64,000 nt of DNA from Desulfobulbaceae bacterium DB1 (GCA_001914235.1 MQUF01000006.1:203234-267233), one strand, 5' to 3'. Numbered from the stretch's first letter, positions 39,567 to 50,597 are shown. Numbers and translations: made by a program. Notes: generated by a model not told the origin, from the letters alone.

Positions 39567-40859
39567 ATGTTACCGCAATTATTTTCCAGGCAGAAAGGAA
39601 AACCACTTTCCATTATTGTGGCGGAGTCATTGGTTTACCTGGGGTTGACTCTTCTTGTTTACGCCATCCCGACGAACCATACCAATACCTTTGAAGGTGC
39701 GGGCGTAATTTTTGTCTTGATTGGTTGTTTTGTTTTAAAATATATAAAAAATGACTGGAAGTTTCGACTGAATCCTCTTCACCCTCCCATTTTTTTGCTA
39801 TTTACAGTTATTCTTTTTTCCATTTTTTCATGTTTTGATCTTTCATATACTTTAAATGAAATAAGAGGTGAGTTCCTAACCTATATTTTTCTTTTTTATG
39901 CCTTGGCAGGTTTTTGTGCTGAGAGGGAAAGGCTTTATCTGGTTTTGGCAATCTTTTTTCTAGGGAACCTGCTGGCGTTGTTTCTTTTTTTCTATCAGTT
40001 TTACGACAATGATTTTATCCAGTTGAAGTTTGTTCGCTCTCTTGCCACTAAAAAACTTTTCAGCAAAGGGTTAACAGAAGTCAGCAGCTATTTTTTGATA
40101 TTTTCCAGCCTTTATTATGCGTCATTGTATTTTGTTTCCGGGAAAAAATATGTTCTGCTTACCTCTATTCTCCTGATATGTAATATTTATATGTTATATT
40201 TATCCTACCAGCGGGCCGGGATAGTTGCGATGGCTGTAGTTCTTTTGGTGCCTTTAATGTTTTATCGGCAGTTCTCGCCTAAACGGATATTTTATATAAT
40301 GTTACCCGTTATGATAGCCTTGGTGTTTTTTGTTATGGTAACTCCGATAAAATCAAAATTTATGGGTAGAAATTGGGAGCCGATTCTTTCGAAACATTTG
40401 GATAAATTTGATCAGAAAGATGCAATTCAGGTACGGTTTCTGCTCTATGAGCATTTCTGGCAGTCCTTCAAGCAGCATCCTTTTGTCGGTTATGGATATG
40501 GCCGATCCAATCTGAAGAAAGTGGACAAGGAAACAGTGAACTCGCGCCCTAATTCTCTAACCCATGGCCACAACACATTTTTCAATTTTACTCTTCAGAC
40601 CGGAGTGCAGGGGCTTGTTGCTTTACTGTTTCTGCTGTTTGTGCAATTCAGTGTTTTTTTTAAAGGAATGAGACTATCTACCTCTCAGTTTGAACGATTT
40701 GTATTTGCCGGCACTCTTTGTCTTATGTGCGGTTTTTGGGCAAGAATGTTGTTTGATGATGTCTATGATTCAGGGATAGCGCTGGCCTACTGGATGGTGA
40801 TGGCAATGGCAGTTGGATTGTATTTAGATGTGAGAAAACAAAAAACATTTTCTGATTAA
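39567..40859 (+). CDS. O-antigen ligase family (Wzy_C) membrane protein
   Basis: Polytopic membrane protein with SYQRAG and a periplasmic loop FVGYGYGRSN...HGHNTFFNFTLQTGVQGL. Confidence 0.75.
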   Translation: MLPQLFSRQKGKPLSIIVAESLVYLGLTLLVYAIPTNHTNTFEGAGVIFVLIGCFVLKYIKNDWKFRLNPLHPPIFLLFTVILFSIFSCFDLSYTLNEIRGEFLTYIFLFYALAGFCAERERLYLVLAIFFLGNLLALFLFFYQFYDNDFIQLKFVRSLATKKLFSKGLTEVSSYFLIFSSLYYASLYFVSGKKYVLLTSILLICNIYMLYLSYQRAGIVAMAVVLLVPLMFYRQFSPKRIFYIMLPVMIALVFFVMVTPIKSKFMGRNWEPILSKHLDKFDQKDAIQVRFLLYEHFWQSFKQHPFVGYGYGRSNLKKVDKETVNSRPNSLTHGHNTFFNFTLQTGVQGLVALLFLLFVQFSVFFKGMRLSTSQFERFVFAGTLCLMCGFWARMLFDDVYDSGIALAYWMVMAMAVGLYLDVRKQKTFSD

Positions 40860-40947
40860 ACTTCGTCATCTATTTTTTAACTGCTTCCAGCAAAAAAAGA
40901 TTCTGTCGATGGGAGATTTGCCGGCAGAAGTATGAGCGATTCGTAAC

Positions 40948-42075
40948 ATGACAGTAATTTCCCGTTTTTTCTACAATTTAGCAAAAAAAATTCAAAAAAA
41001 ATATAATCGACCTCTGCCTGCATTTAAAAAACAGAATTCCATAAATTATAATAAAATATTAATACTTTGCACAACGGCAATAGGGGATACTCTCCTTTCC
41101 ACTCCGGTATTTTGCGCATTGCGGCAGGAATTTCCTGACGCAATCATCAAGGTGTTGGTTCAAAAAAAGTTTATCCCTCTTTTTTCTGATAACCCCCATG
41201 TTGACGGATTTATTCCCTTTCAAAAGGGTATAATTAATTTTTTTAAAATTGTTCATTCAATTAAGCAAGATCAATTTCAGCTAGTCCTTGCGCTCCAAGT
41301 CTCTGATCCGTTTCCTGTCTATATGACAGTGCTTGCGAAAATTCCTCTTTTGGTTGGATATTCGCCTGATCAATTAACCAGTCGTTTTTTTAGTCATGTA
41401 GTAGACCCTCCTGTCGGAAAGCATGTAATATTTCATCGTCTGGCTGTTCTTGAAGCAATCCGTCCCCATCATCCGGTTTGGTCAACCCGGCTTATTTTGC
41501 CCCTGTCGACTCATGATCAGCGGAATAAGTTGCAAGTGTATATGAAATCGGGATTTCCTGATCCGGACAAAATGACTCTTGTCGGTTTCCAACCTGGTGC
41601 CAGTAAGCAATTTAAGATGTGGCCGGTTGAGAATTTTATCATGCTTGGCCAAGAACTTATCCAGCGAAATCACAAAGTTTCAATTGTTATTTTGGGTTCC
41701 CCTAATGAAAAGAAACTGGCTGACAAAATTACAAAGGGCATCAATCGCAATGACCGGGTAACATCTCTTTGCGGCCTCATCCCAATTGGGGATCTGTCTC
41801 TAATTGTATCTTTTCTGAAAACTCTTGTGACTAATGATACGGGGACCATGCATATCGCAATTGCGTTAAAAATACCAACAGTATCTCTTTTTGTTCCTAC
41901 CAGTCACGTTGGGATAGGGCCAATTCAAGATAATGAAATTCACCACGTTATAAGCCGGCCTCGACCATGTGGTAATGATTGTGTCACGAAGAAATGCTCC
42001 GTTAACCCTTCCTGCATGTCTCTTCTTCCTGTTGATGAAGTGCTCGATGCAGTCCTGCAGAGTATTGATACATGA
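40948..42075 (+). CDS. Glycosyltransferase family 9 (heptosyltransferase-like)
   Basis: Motifs ILILCTTAIGDTLLSTPVFCALRQEFP, GFQPGAS...K.WP and VTNDTGTMHIAIAL. Confidence 0.85.
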   Translation: MTVISRFFYNLAKKIQKKYNRPLPAFKKQNSINYNKILILCTTAIGDTLLSTPVFCALRQEFPDAIIKVLVQKKFIPLFSDNPHVDGFIPFQKGIINFFKIVHSIKQDQFQLVLALQVSDPFPVYMTVLAKIPLLVGYSPDQLTSRFFSHVVDPPVGKHVIFHRLAVLEAIRPHHPVWSTRLILPLSTHDQRNKLQVYMKSGFPDPDKMTLVGFQPGASKQFKMWPVENFIMLGQELIQRNHKVSIVILGSPNEKKLADKITKGINRNDRVTSLCGLIPIGDLSLIVSFLKTLVTNDTGTMHIAIALKIPTVSLFVPTSHVGIGPIQDNEIHHVISRPRPCGNDCVTKKCSVNPSCMSLLPVDEVLDAVLQSIDT

Positions 42076-43181
42076 AAGTAGCGCTTTATAATTTAACGAC
42101 CACGGTGCTTACTGGAGGGATTGAAACTTTCAACTGGGAAGTTGGTCGGGAATTGGATCGTCGGGGACATGAAGTTCATATTTATGGAGGGAATTCAACA
42201 TTACCTGCTAAGTATCCTCTCGCCGTCTTTACCTATCCATATCGATCACGTGACCAGTTCCCTGGTTTTGGGATGCGCTTTCAAAAAATGGCTGAAAGAT
42301 GGTCAATGGCCAGAAATTGTTCAGAAGATTTACGTAAACGTAAATATGATGTCATAATCATTCACAAACCATATGACATTCCATGGATATTGCGGGTCGC
42401 GAAACAATCAAAGAGTAAGGTTGTTTTCTGCAGCGGTGGAACAGAGTTTTTCCCTGGATATGGCTGGTTGGTAAAAAGGCTTGATTTTTTTACGGCCTGC
42501 AGCAGTTTTAATGCCGGGCAGATAGAAGATTACTGCGGGATACGGCCGAAGGTTCTTTATAATGGAGTTGACACAGAAACCTTCCGTCCTTTGACCGTTA
42601 ATAGGTCACTAAAAGCGGAGCTTCTTCCTTCCGCTGATGCACGGGTGATTTTCAGTGCCGCCCGGTTGAAGAGATTTAAAGGGTTTCATCATGTTATTGA
42701 AGCTGTTGCTAAGCTAAAAACTGAGTTCCCTGATTTTTTTTACCTGATTGCCGGCGAGGGAAACTATCGTACTGAGTTGGATGAATGCGTGCGTCGATTT
42801 CAACTTGCTGACAGGGTGAAATTTCTCGGCAATGTCCCGCATCACTTATTACCGCAGTATTATTCCTTTGCTAACGTTGCCGTATTTCCAAGTCTGCATT
42901 TGGAGACTTTTGGGATTTCAATCGCTGAGGCAATGAGTTGCGGGGTTCCTGTTATCGGTTCGGATTCTGGAGGAATACCTGAGGTGATCGGCGATGCCGG
43001 GATTTTATGCGCTCCTGGCAACAGTGACCAACTTGCCGATGGAATACGAGTAATCTTAAGCGATCAAAAAATACAACAAACAATTGGCCAGCAGGGCAGG
43101 GAACGGATATTGAATAGGCTCACATGGCAACACACTGTTGATAAACTAGAGAGTTATCTGCAAATGATACATCCGATGTGA
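42072..43181 (+). CDS. Glycosyltransferase family 4
   Basis: Motifs GG.ETF, the KGFHHVIEA...L.I.GEG pattern, and FPSLHLETFGISIAEAMSCGVPVIGSDSGGIPEVI. Confidence 0.85.
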   Translation: MKVALYNLTTTVLTGGIETFNWEVGRELDRRGHEVHIYGGNSTLPAKYPLAVFTYPYRSRDQFPGFGMRFQKMAERWSMARNCSEDLRKRKYDVIIIHKPYDIPWILRVAKQSKSKVVFCSGGTEFFPGYGWLVKRLDFFTACSSFNAGQIEDYCGIRPKVLYNGVDTETFRPLTVNRSLKAELLPSADARVIFSAARLKRFKGFHHVIEAVAKLKTEFPDFFYLIAGEGNYRTELDECVRRFQLADRVKFLGNVPHHLLPQYYSFANVAVFPSLHLETFGISIAEAMSCGVPVIGSDSGGIPEVIGDAGILCAPGNSDQLADGIRVILSDQKIQQTIGQQGRERILNRLTWQHTVDKLESYLQMIHPM

Positions 43182-43216
43182 AATCATTAAATGGTATTTT
43201 TCTGGTATGAGAGGAA

Positions 43217-44596
43217 ATGTGTATGGCGAATATTTTGTATCTTGTCCACAAAATGAAATTTGATTTTTTATTCGGAAACTATCTCAGAAAATTTCATAAT
43301 GTTACATTTATGACGTCCGATCCCATGATCGGACTTTTTCTGGATAGCCAGTATGAAGATAGTGTTCATTTATACAAGGTCAATCCTGTTCAGGGTGAGA
43401 ACAAATCATCATTGCGAATAGAAAGTGCATTGGCGAGAACACATTTTTATACTCTTGCGAAAGACCGGAAGATAAAACAGGCTTTTCATCATCTTTGTGC
43501 GACATATTTAGAATTTCTGGACGATTATCTCATAAAAAACAATGTGGATTTGATCATCACGCAGGCCAAGAATTTCCTCGATTCTGCCTGTATTACCGCT
43601 GTCGCCAATGATAACAATCTGCCGGTATGCTACTTGGGCGGTGGTTTTTTCAGAGGTGAGTCATGTGGGGTATTATGGGAACCTTTACGCGTTTTTGAAC
43701 CAGCCATATGGCAAAAACGATGGGACAATGCGACCAAAAGAACAATTGTGCCGAGCATTGAAGTTCCGGATATGCAGTATGACCCTGTGGAGATAAAAAA
43801 ACCGAGCCGTTTGGCTTCTCTGTTGCAGAAGACGAGATATCAGCGCAATCCCTTCTGGGTATCACAGCACCCAGACCTTCGACCCACCCGCTCTTTGTTA
43901 AACGATTTGCGCCACCAGTCTCTCAAGTCAAGCGGTAAGCATTTGCCCGACCAAACATCACTCACTTTACCAGAGGAGTTCGTCTTGGTGCCATTGCAGG
44001 GTAATGAAATCTGTGGGGAAGTGCCGAATCCTCTTGGTATTACCAATATGGAGTGTTTGGCTACTCTGGTTGAAGACGCTTTGCAGAAATTAAACAGCGG
44101 GAAGAAAAACAAAATAAGAATGGTTGTCAAGGAACATCCTGCGCGTCCCGGAATTATCAGTGACAAATATAAACAACAGCATCCTGATGTTCTTTTTTTG
44201 TATAAATATCCGATGGCTAAATTACTTGAAAAAACCAAGCTGGTTGTTACTTTTAATTCTTTGGCGGGTTTTGAAGCTTTGCAGCACTATAAACCGGTGA
44301 TCACCTTTGGCCCTCTGTTTTATACCTTGCCGAAACTTGTATATAGATGCGAAGATATCAATTTGTTTCCTTCTTTGATAAATAAAGCAATTTCAGATGG
44401 TTGCGACCGGAATTCAGTTGATGATTTTGTGGCATTTTTGAAAAACCATTTCGAGATTCCCTGTCCCGGATTCAATAGAAAAAATCCGACAAAGGAAATG
44501 TTTCAGAAAATACATGGCAAGATTGAGGGAATTCTTGATTTTTGCCGTTCCCATCCATGTTCACCTAGAGACTGTATTCCTGGAGAAGATTATTAG
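43217..44596 (+). CDS. Capsule-polysaccharide-biosynthesis (KpsS/KpsC-like) family protein
   Basis: Pattern VLVPLQGNE, VVKEHPARPG and VVTFNSLAGFEAL...KPVITFG, recalled as the Capsule_synth fold. Needs HMM confirmation. Confidence 0.5.
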   Translation: MCMANILYLVHKMKFDFLFGNYLRKFHNVTFMTSDPMIGLFLDSQYEDSVHLYKVNPVQGENKSSLRIESALARTHFYTLAKDRKIKQAFHHLCATYLEFLDDYLIKNNVDLIITQAKNFLDSACITAVANDNNLPVCYLGGGFFRGESCGVLWEPLRVFEPAIWQKRWDNATKRTIVPSIEVPDMQYDPVEIKKPSRLASLLQKTRYQRNPFWVSQHPDLRPTRSLLNDLRHQSLKSSGKHLPDQTSLTLPEEFVLVPLQGNEICGEVPNPLGITNMECLATLVEDALQKLNSGKKNKIRMVVKEHPARPGIISDKYKQQHPDVLFLYKYPMAKLLEKTKLVVTFNSLAGFEALQHYKPVITFGPLFYTLPKLVYRCEDINLFPSLINKAISDGCDRNSVDDFVAFLKNHFEIPCPGFNRKNPTKEMFQKIHGKIEGILDFCRSHPCSPRDCIPGEDY

Positions 44597-44598
44597 CA

Positions 44599-45726
44599 AT
44601 GAGGTTAGCCTACTGCTATCCGGAGGCATTGCCCTCTAAAACTGCTCGGTCAATTCAGGTTGTTAACACCTGTTTTGCTCTTGCGGGAGAACTCGAGGAA
44701 CTGATTCTTTATGTGCCTCAAGGCGTATATGCCGGGGGGGAGATTTTTAGTTATTATGGCTTGGAAAAACCCTCTAATTTAAAAATATCTTTTATCCGAA
44801 AATCATTAGGTCCTATCACAAGTCATAAATTCTATAATTATTTTTTGGGTGTTTCTTTAAAAAAAGATCAGCCGGATATTCTCTTTTCCAGGCATCTTCA
44901 GACTGCTGACTTTCTTCTTAATCATTCTGCCCCACTTATTTATGAATCCCATGAGATTTTTTCCGAAAAGAAAAATGCTTCCACTCGTGATAACCTGCTC
45001 GAAAAAAAGGTGATGGCGAATGCCTCTGGCGTTGTTTTTATTTCTCAGGGGTTGCGGCGTGTTATGGCGGAACACTATATAATAACGGAGAATCAGGAAA
45101 TTATTCCAAGTAGTGCAAAAAGAATAGAGTTATTCGCCGAAAAACAGATAAAACCGGAAAACGTCAACACATTTGTCTATGTAGGGACGACCCGTTACGG
45201 ATGGAAGGGTGTGGATGTCCTTATTGATGCTGTGGAGCTTTTACCTGAGAAATATGTTTTGGAGATTGTCGGCGAGCTGGATGAAAAATTTTCTAGGCAG
45301 AAAAAGGTTGTTCAGCTTATCGAGCAGGGACGGCTGATAAGCCGGGGATATCTCCAGGCCTCTGAAGTTTTTTCTTTTATGAGAAAAACGAAGGTTGCCG
45401 TCATTCCAAATTCTGCTAGGGATCGCATAAGCGCCCTTTTTACCAGTCCTTTAAAACTCATTGAGGCGATTTCTGCAGGTGTTGCGGTGGTTGTTTCGGA
45501 TCTGCCAAGTATGAGAGAAATTGTTTCAGAAAATGAGGCGGTTTTTGTCCAGCCGGACAATCCCTTTTCTCTTGCCGCCGGTGTGCGTAAACTTTTTGAA
45601 GACGATTCATTGAGAAATAAACTTGCTGAAAATGGATGGAAACGATCTCGTGAGTATTCTTGGCAGAGTCGCGCCCAAAAAATTGCCGATTTGGCTCAAA
45701 AGATACTTGGAAAATTTCCGTCATAA
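44599..45726 (+). CDS. Glycosyltransferase family 4
   Basis: YVGTTRYGWKGVD..I.A...L and PLKLIEAISAGVAVVVSDLPSMREIV. Confidence 0.8.
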   Translation: MRLAYCYPEALPSKTARSIQVVNTCFALAGELEELILYVPQGVYAGGEIFSYYGLEKPSNLKISFIRKSLGPITSHKFYNYFLGVSLKKDQPDILFSRHLQTADFLLNHSAPLIYESHEIFSEKKNASTRDNLLEKKVMANASGVVFISQGLRRVMAEHYIITENQEIIPSSAKRIELFAEKQIKPENVNTFVYVGTTRYGWKGVDVLIDAVELLPEKYVLEIVGELDEKFSRQKKVVQLIEQGRLISRGYLQASEVFSFMRKTKVAVIPNSARDRISALFTSPLKLIEAISAGVAVVVSDLPSMREIVSENEAVFVQPDNPFSLAAGVRKLFEDDSLRNKLAENGWKRSREYSWQSRAQKIADLAQKILGKFPS

Positions 45727-45729
45727 AAA

Positions 45730-46539
45730 ATGATTGATGAAAAAGAGCAGATAGTCTGCAAAAATATGAGCGGCTACATCAATTCCGAAATTGATGAAAA
45801 ACTCCGAGACATCATAACCCTTAACCCACAGGTACTTTTTGAAAAGAGTGTACAAGATTTTAAACGTGAAAAACGGTCCAGAGTATCATTAATTAGTTTT
45901 TCGGGCAAGCCTTACATTGTAAAACATTATTTTGTAAAAAATTTTCTTTTTCGCATCAGACGCTTCATACTGCCTTCACTTGCTCTTAATATTAGAGACA
46001 GAGTGAAAATTATGGAACAGCACCACATATCAACCCCTGTATTGTTGGCCGCCGTCGACATAGGGAAAAGGTTTTCATATAAAGGGACAACGTGTCTTTA
46101 CGAGTATGTCAAACCCGACAAGGATAAGGACCAGCTTAGGGAAGATTTTCAAGAGCCTGAAAAACGGGATATTATTATTTCCGCCGTGGCATCTCTCCTT
46201 GGCCGAATGCACCATTCCGGCATTTATCACGGTGATGCCAAGATAAGTAATTTTCTCTGGATTGAACGTTCAGGGGAGGCCGACATTCATGTTATAGACC
46301 TTGATGATTGCCGATTTATGGGAAAAGTCACCGCAAACAAGAGATTGGCTGATCTTGCAAATTTGGTTTTTTCATTTGCCTGGTGGAACAGTACTCCAGA
46401 TCTGCCTGCAGATTGTTTCGGGGTGTATCTACAACATGATGCTTCCTGGTGTTCTGATGAAAAAGCTTTCCTGGATGAATTGAAGAAAAAGGTTGCACGA
46501 AAATTGGAGCATCGCCGAAGCAGGCAAAAGAAAAAGTAA
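45730..46539 (+). CDS. Lipopolysaccharide kinase (InaA/Kdo-kinase-like)
   Basis: Motifs YIVKHYF, GRMHHSGIYHGDAKISNFLW and VIDLDDC. Confidence 0.65.
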   Translation: MIDEKEQIVCKNMSGYINSEIDEKLRDIITLNPQVLFEKSVQDFKREKRSRVSLISFSGKPYIVKHYFVKNFLFRIRRFILPSLALNIRDRVKIMEQHHISTPVLLAAVDIGKRFSYKGTTCLYEYVKPDKDKDQLREDFQEPEKRDIIISAVASLLGRMHHSGIYHGDAKISNFLWIERSGEADIHVIDLDDCRFMGKVTANKRLADLANLVFSFAWWNSTPDLPADCFGVYLQHDASWCSDEKAFLDELKKKVARKLEHRRSRQKKK

Positions 46540-46555
46540 TTGTTGATCAATTACA

Positions 46556-48229
46556 CCTGAATCCGTGAGGTATCCCGGATTCTCCCTAAAAATTGTGGGG
46601 CGCGAAAAAATTTCAACACCGCGACCGCCAGAAATTTATATATTGCCAGCATATTGCTGGTAAATTGGGACATCGTCCCCGTTGTTCTTTGAAAAATTGC
46701 TATATTTGCCTGTTTTTAGGCGTATTTTCCCGGCAGGGCCTGCTGTTCAGCCACTTTCCGGCAAATTTCTCTTCTGTTCTTGCATTAGCCAAAGGCAAGC
46801 CGGTTATAAACGGCCTGAAACGAGTCAAATGCGCAACAGTGGCGGCTGAACCGCAGCTTCAGTTTCCTGCCGGTCTCAATCAGTCTGGCTGCACGGTACA
46901 TGAGTTCCTGAATAACGGTACGAATTCTCCTGCGCTTTGCCGAGTGGCGCACTGGTGAGCGATCACCGAGAAGGCCAAGCTGGCCGATAAACCGCAAGAT
47001 GTTATAAGCCAAGCCGGCCAAGGACATGATCAAGGAATTGGTCGCAAATTTTCCCGAAGGCAACCGCTCAAGATCCATGTCGGTTTTAAATTCGCTGTGA
47101 AACTGCTCGCTTGTGCCGTGGTCCCGGTAGAGCTTGATGATCTCTTTTTCCGGCAGGTAAAGGGATGTCCACCAGCCCTCAAGTTCTATATCCGGCACCA
47201 GCAGCAACTGGCCGCGTTTGTCAATGGTACGTTCAATCACGCGGACGATCAGGCGGGTACTGAACTCCTTGCCCTCGTGCTCCTGAAGCTGGTTGAAACT
47301 GAATACGGCAACCCGTTTGCCGCGTCGTGGTTCGCTCACTTCTCCTTCTTGCAGCCCACGGGCCAGCCAGGCGGGAAGGTCCTGCTTGCGGGGATTCCAT
47401 TTCAGGATGTAATCGACCTTTTTGTGGCCATAAAGCGTTGCTCGGGTCTCGACAGCATCGTGTCCGGAGTCAAGCCTGAATAACAGTGACTTTTTGGTTA
47501 AAGACTTGGCACGGGAGATGGTTTCCTGCAGAAAAGGAATAAAATTGTTTTGGCTGTGCTGGCTGCCCTCCCGGAACTCAAGATTAATACACCAGCCTTC
47601 CTCTCCCATGTAGGCGGCTATTGGCGCATAGCCGTCATAACCGTGATAGGTATGCTTGGAACCTTCTTTTTTGGTGCCGGAGTTGTCCATGCAAAAGACG
47701 TCCATATCGACGGCGACATGACCCATGGCCAAGGGGGTTACTTTTCCTTTGGCATTGCGGATGAACTCCGTGTAGGTGGAGGAAGCAATTGGCTGAAAAA
47801 CTGTTGCGGTTTCGTCAAGGCGCTGGCGCAAGGTTTCGGGCGAAGGAACCGCTTTGATGCCAAGTGATTGCTGGAAATACCTGTCGTCTTTCATGTCGGC
47901 AATGGCTTCGAAATCGCTTTTGCCAAGCGAGAGGAGCCCGAGATAACTGCGAATGACATCTGTATTGGCAATGTCCTTGGTGTCGGGTATCGCCTTTTTC
48001 AGCTTGGCGTTCAAGCTGGTAAAGCGATTGATACCGAGCCCGATCAGGGCCAGGCCGGAATGAGAGGTATAAAATTCGTCCGATGAGCGTTCAAGAATAA
48101 ATCGTTTCATTTTTTCACCTGCAGAGTGATGTTTTTAGACAGGCGAATATTGCAATATTTTTTGTTAAATTTCAAAATGTTATTTGATTATACAGACGAT
48201 TTTTACTGCAAAAATTTCACGGATTCAGG
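46556..48229 (-). mobile_element. Complete IS1380-family insertion sequence (~1.67 kb)
   Basis: 13-bp perfect terminal inverted repeats: CCTGAATCCGTGA (46556-46568) and TCACGGATTCAGG (48217-48229). Abutting flanks are TTACA (46551-46555) and ATACA (48230-48234). It carries a single transposase ORF. Confidence 0.85.
46785..48110 (-). CDS. IS1380 family transposase
   Basis: 441 aa. MKRFILERSSDEFYTSHSGLALIGL...YHGYDGY matches the recalled IS1380-type architecture. Confidence 0.85.
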   Translation of the reverse strand: MKRFILERSSDEFYTSHSGLALIGLGINRFTSLNAKLKKAIPDTKDIANTDVIRSYLGLLSLGKSDFEAIADMKDDRYFQQSLGIKAVPSPETLRQRLDETATVFQPIASSTYTEFIRNAKGKVTPLAMGHVAVDMDVFCMDNSGTKKEGSKHTYHGYDGYAPIAAYMGEEGWCINLEFREGSQHSQNNFIPFLQETISRAKSLTKKSLLFRLDSGHDAVETRATLYGHKKVDYILKWNPRKQDLPAWLARGLQEGEVSEPRRGKRVAVFSFNQLQEHEGKEFSTRLIVRVIERTIDKRGQLLLVPDIELEGWWTSLYLPEKEIIKLYRDHGTSEQFHSEFKTDMDLERLPSGKFATNSLIMSLAGLAYNILRFIGQLGLLGDRSPVRHSAKRRRIRTVIQELMYRAARLIETGRKLKLRFSRHCCAFDSFQAVYNRLAFG

Positions 48230-48243
48230 ATACAGTTTAATAT

Positions 48244-48984
48244 TTAGGAGTTTGCCATGATTTTTGTGACGAGTTCAATGTCTTCGGGACGGTCGACTCC
48301 ATGGCTTTTGTAAGTTGTTTTGACTACATGAATGGGGATGCCGTTTTCCAGTAGGCGTAACTGCTCAAGTTTCTCTTTTTTTTCAAGAACACCGTTTTGC
48401 AGGGAAACAAAAGTTTCAAGGGTCTGCATACGGAAGGCGTAAATGCCGATATGAGCATGGAAACCATCCTGTTTCCCGTCTCGGGGGTAGGGAATTGGCG
48501 CCCTGGAAAAATAGAGCGCTTTCGCTGAGTTGTCCAGCACGACCTTGACCACGTCGGCATTGTGGGCTTCGTCAAAGTCGATTTCACGGGCAAGGGTTGT
48601 CACCTGAACATCTGAAGAAAGAAAGGGTAAGATAAGCTCCTCAAGCATTGCTGGTTCCAAAGTGGGCTCATCCCCCTGAATATTTATGACCACAGCATCC
48701 GGGGCGACATCAAGAAGTCGCGCCGCTTCAAGCACCCTCTCAGTGCCGCAGGTATGGCTGGCACTTGTCATTAAAACAGGGACATCAAGATTTTGCGCTG
48801 CAACCATTATCCTCTGATCGTCAGTGGCAAGCATGACTTTGCTTAATCGAGTACATTGACGGGTCCTGTTATAAACATGCCAGAACATTGGCTTGCCGAG
48901 GATAAGGGCAAGAGGCTTTCCTTCAAAGCGGGAAGAGGCATACCGGGTTGGGATGATTCCATAACAATCAGGCAGTAAGTCCAT
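48244..48984 (-). CDS. kdsB: 3-deoxy-manno-octulosonate cytidylyltransferase (CMP-Kdo synthetase)
   Basis: Motifs GIIPTRYASSRFEGKPL, ATDD, CGTER and NIQGDEP. ATG 48984 is preferred to TTG 48993. Confidence 0.9.
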   Translation of the reverse strand: MDLLPDCYGIIPTRYASSRFEGKPLALILGKPMFWHVYNRTRQCTRLSKVMLATDDQRIMVAAQNLDVPVLMTSASHTCGTERVLEAARLLDVAPDAVVINIQGDEPTLEPAMLEELILPFLSSDVQVTTLAREIDFDEAHNADVVKVVLDNSAKALYFSRAPIPYPRDGKQDGFHAHIGIYAFRMQTLETFVSLQNGVLEKKEKLEQLRLLENGIPIHVVKTTYKSHGVDRPEDIELVTKIMANS

Positions 48985-49171
48985 AATATTCAAAATGTTT
49001 GAGAAGCGATGTGTTAAAGGTGTCAGGCTGAAAAGCCCGGTGGTTAAACGCTGATCTTAGCAGCCTGTTGAAAAACCCTGTTGTGGCCATTGATTGAGAT
49101 TGATTTAAGAGGTGGTCCGGTTTGCTTGGACACCATCTGGGCGTTTTTAAGTGGTGGAATGCTGCTCCTGT

Positions 49172-49999
49172 TCATGCTGCCTTTTCTTGTTGTAACGTTC
49201 CCCAGTATATTTCTTCTGGGAATTTTTTGCCAAGCCCTTGGTGACGCCGCTGTTTGTTATAAAATTCAAAGTAGTTGCGGAGTTCTTTTCTGGCTACCGC
49301 TATCGAGTCGTAGGCCTTGAGGTATACTTCCTCATATTTTACGCTACGCCATAAACGCTCGATGAAAATATTATCCCGCCAGCGGCCACGACCATCCATG
49401 CTGATCCGGATTCCATGGTCCTTGAGTTTGCTGGTAAATGCCTCAGAGGTAAACTGAGACCCCTGGTCAGAGTTGAAAATTTCAGGGCAACCATATCGTT
49501 CGATTGCCTCTTCCAGAGCAGCAAGACAAAACGATGTGTCCAACGTGTTGGACAGTCTCCAGGAAAGAACTTTCCGGCTGGCCCAGTCCATGACTGCTAC
49601 CAGGTACACATAGCCCTTGGATAAAGGAATATAGGTGATATCAGTCGACCATACCTGATTGGCCCGATCAATCGTCAGTCCGTTCAGCAAGTACGGATAT
49701 GTTTTATGGCCGGGATGCGGTTTGGAAAGTCTTGGCTTACGATAGAGTGCCTCAATTCCCATTTTCTTCATGAGGTTGCTGGTCCGGCCACGGCTGACAT
49801 GAAATCCGTTATCCAGCAGTTTGTCACTGATCCGGCGGCTTCCATAGAAAGGATACCGCAGGTGGATTTCGTCAATCAGCGACATGATGTTCAGCTCGTG
49901 CTCACTGCACGGTACTGGTTGGTAATACAGGCTTGATCGAGATAAATCAAGAATCTTGCACTGTCTGGTTACTGGCAAGGCGTGATTCGTAGAGATCAT
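49172..49999 (-). CDS. IS3 family transposase OrfB (rve integrase core)
   Basis: Motifs [37 protein letters not shown] and [14 protein letters not shown]. Confidence 0.9.
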   Translation of the reverse strand: MISTNHALPVTRQCKILDLSRSSLYYQPVPCSEHELNIMSLIDEIHLRYPFYGSRRISDKLLDNGFHVSRGRTSNLMKKMGIEALYRKPRLSKPHPGHKTYPYLLNGLTIDRANQVWSTDITYIPLSKGYVYLVAVMDWASRKVLSWRLSNTLDTSFCLAALEEAIERYGCPEIFNSDQGSQFTSEAFTSKLKDHGIRISMDGRGRWRDNIFIERLWRSVKYEEVYLKAYDSIAVARKELRNYFEFYNKQRRHQGLGKKFPEEIYWGTLQQEKAA

Positions 50000-50298
50000 C
50001 GTTTTGCGCTCGGAACGTTGATGCGCCCGAGCGCTTTGGATAAAAAATCGTTTTCCATGGTGAGCTGGCCGATTTTTGCATGTAACTCAACTTCACCTGG
50101 CCCTTGCTTCACGTTGCTGTTTTTTTCAAATATTTCGTCTGCATTTTCAAGAAGTTGCTTTTTCCAGTCAGTTATCTGGTTGGGATGAACATCAAACCGC
50201 TGAGCGAGCTCGGCCAGTGTCTGTTCTCCCCTGACCGCTTCAATGGCAACTTTTGCCTTGAATGCAGAGGAATGATTTCGTCGTGGTCTCTTTGTCAT
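49996..50298 (-). CDS. IS3 family transposase OrfA (HTH)
   Basis: [49 protein letters not shown]. Its stop overlaps the orfB ATG (ATGA). Confidence 0.9.
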   Translation of the reverse strand: MTKRPRRNHSSAFKAKVAIEAVRGEQTLAELAQRFDVHPNQITDWKKQLLENADEIFEKNSNVKQGPGEVELHAKIGQLTMENDFLSKALGRINVPSAKR

Positions 50299-50597
50299 GT
50301 TTTTACTCCTTTCTGTTTTTGGTGAATTTAACAGATTGGAGCAACATTTTCACTTAACAGCCTGTCCAAATTTTCCAGACCGCCTATATGGAGCCATTTC
50401 AAGATCGCCTTAATGGCGCCACCTGGTGATCGAGTTAATGGAGCCAGCGCATGTGTTGGTTGCTTTGAGTTGTAAGTGGTTTTTGTGTTTAATTGCAATC
50501 ATGATCTCCTACCCGCCCTACACTAATTTTTCAATGGGCAGGTGTCTCACTTACATTGACACAGAGGGTTACGAGAAAATTCTACTTTTTAACACCT

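Larger units (their letters stand above)
49106..50388 (-). mobile_element. Complete IS3-family insertion sequence (~1.28 kb, approximate ends)
   Basis: orfA and orfB overlap in the -1 frame. The imperfect terminal inverted repeats are AGAGGTGGTCCGG...TTGGACA (from 49108) and the reverse complement of 50361-50385 (AGGCGGTCTGG...TTGGACA). Confidence 0.8.
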
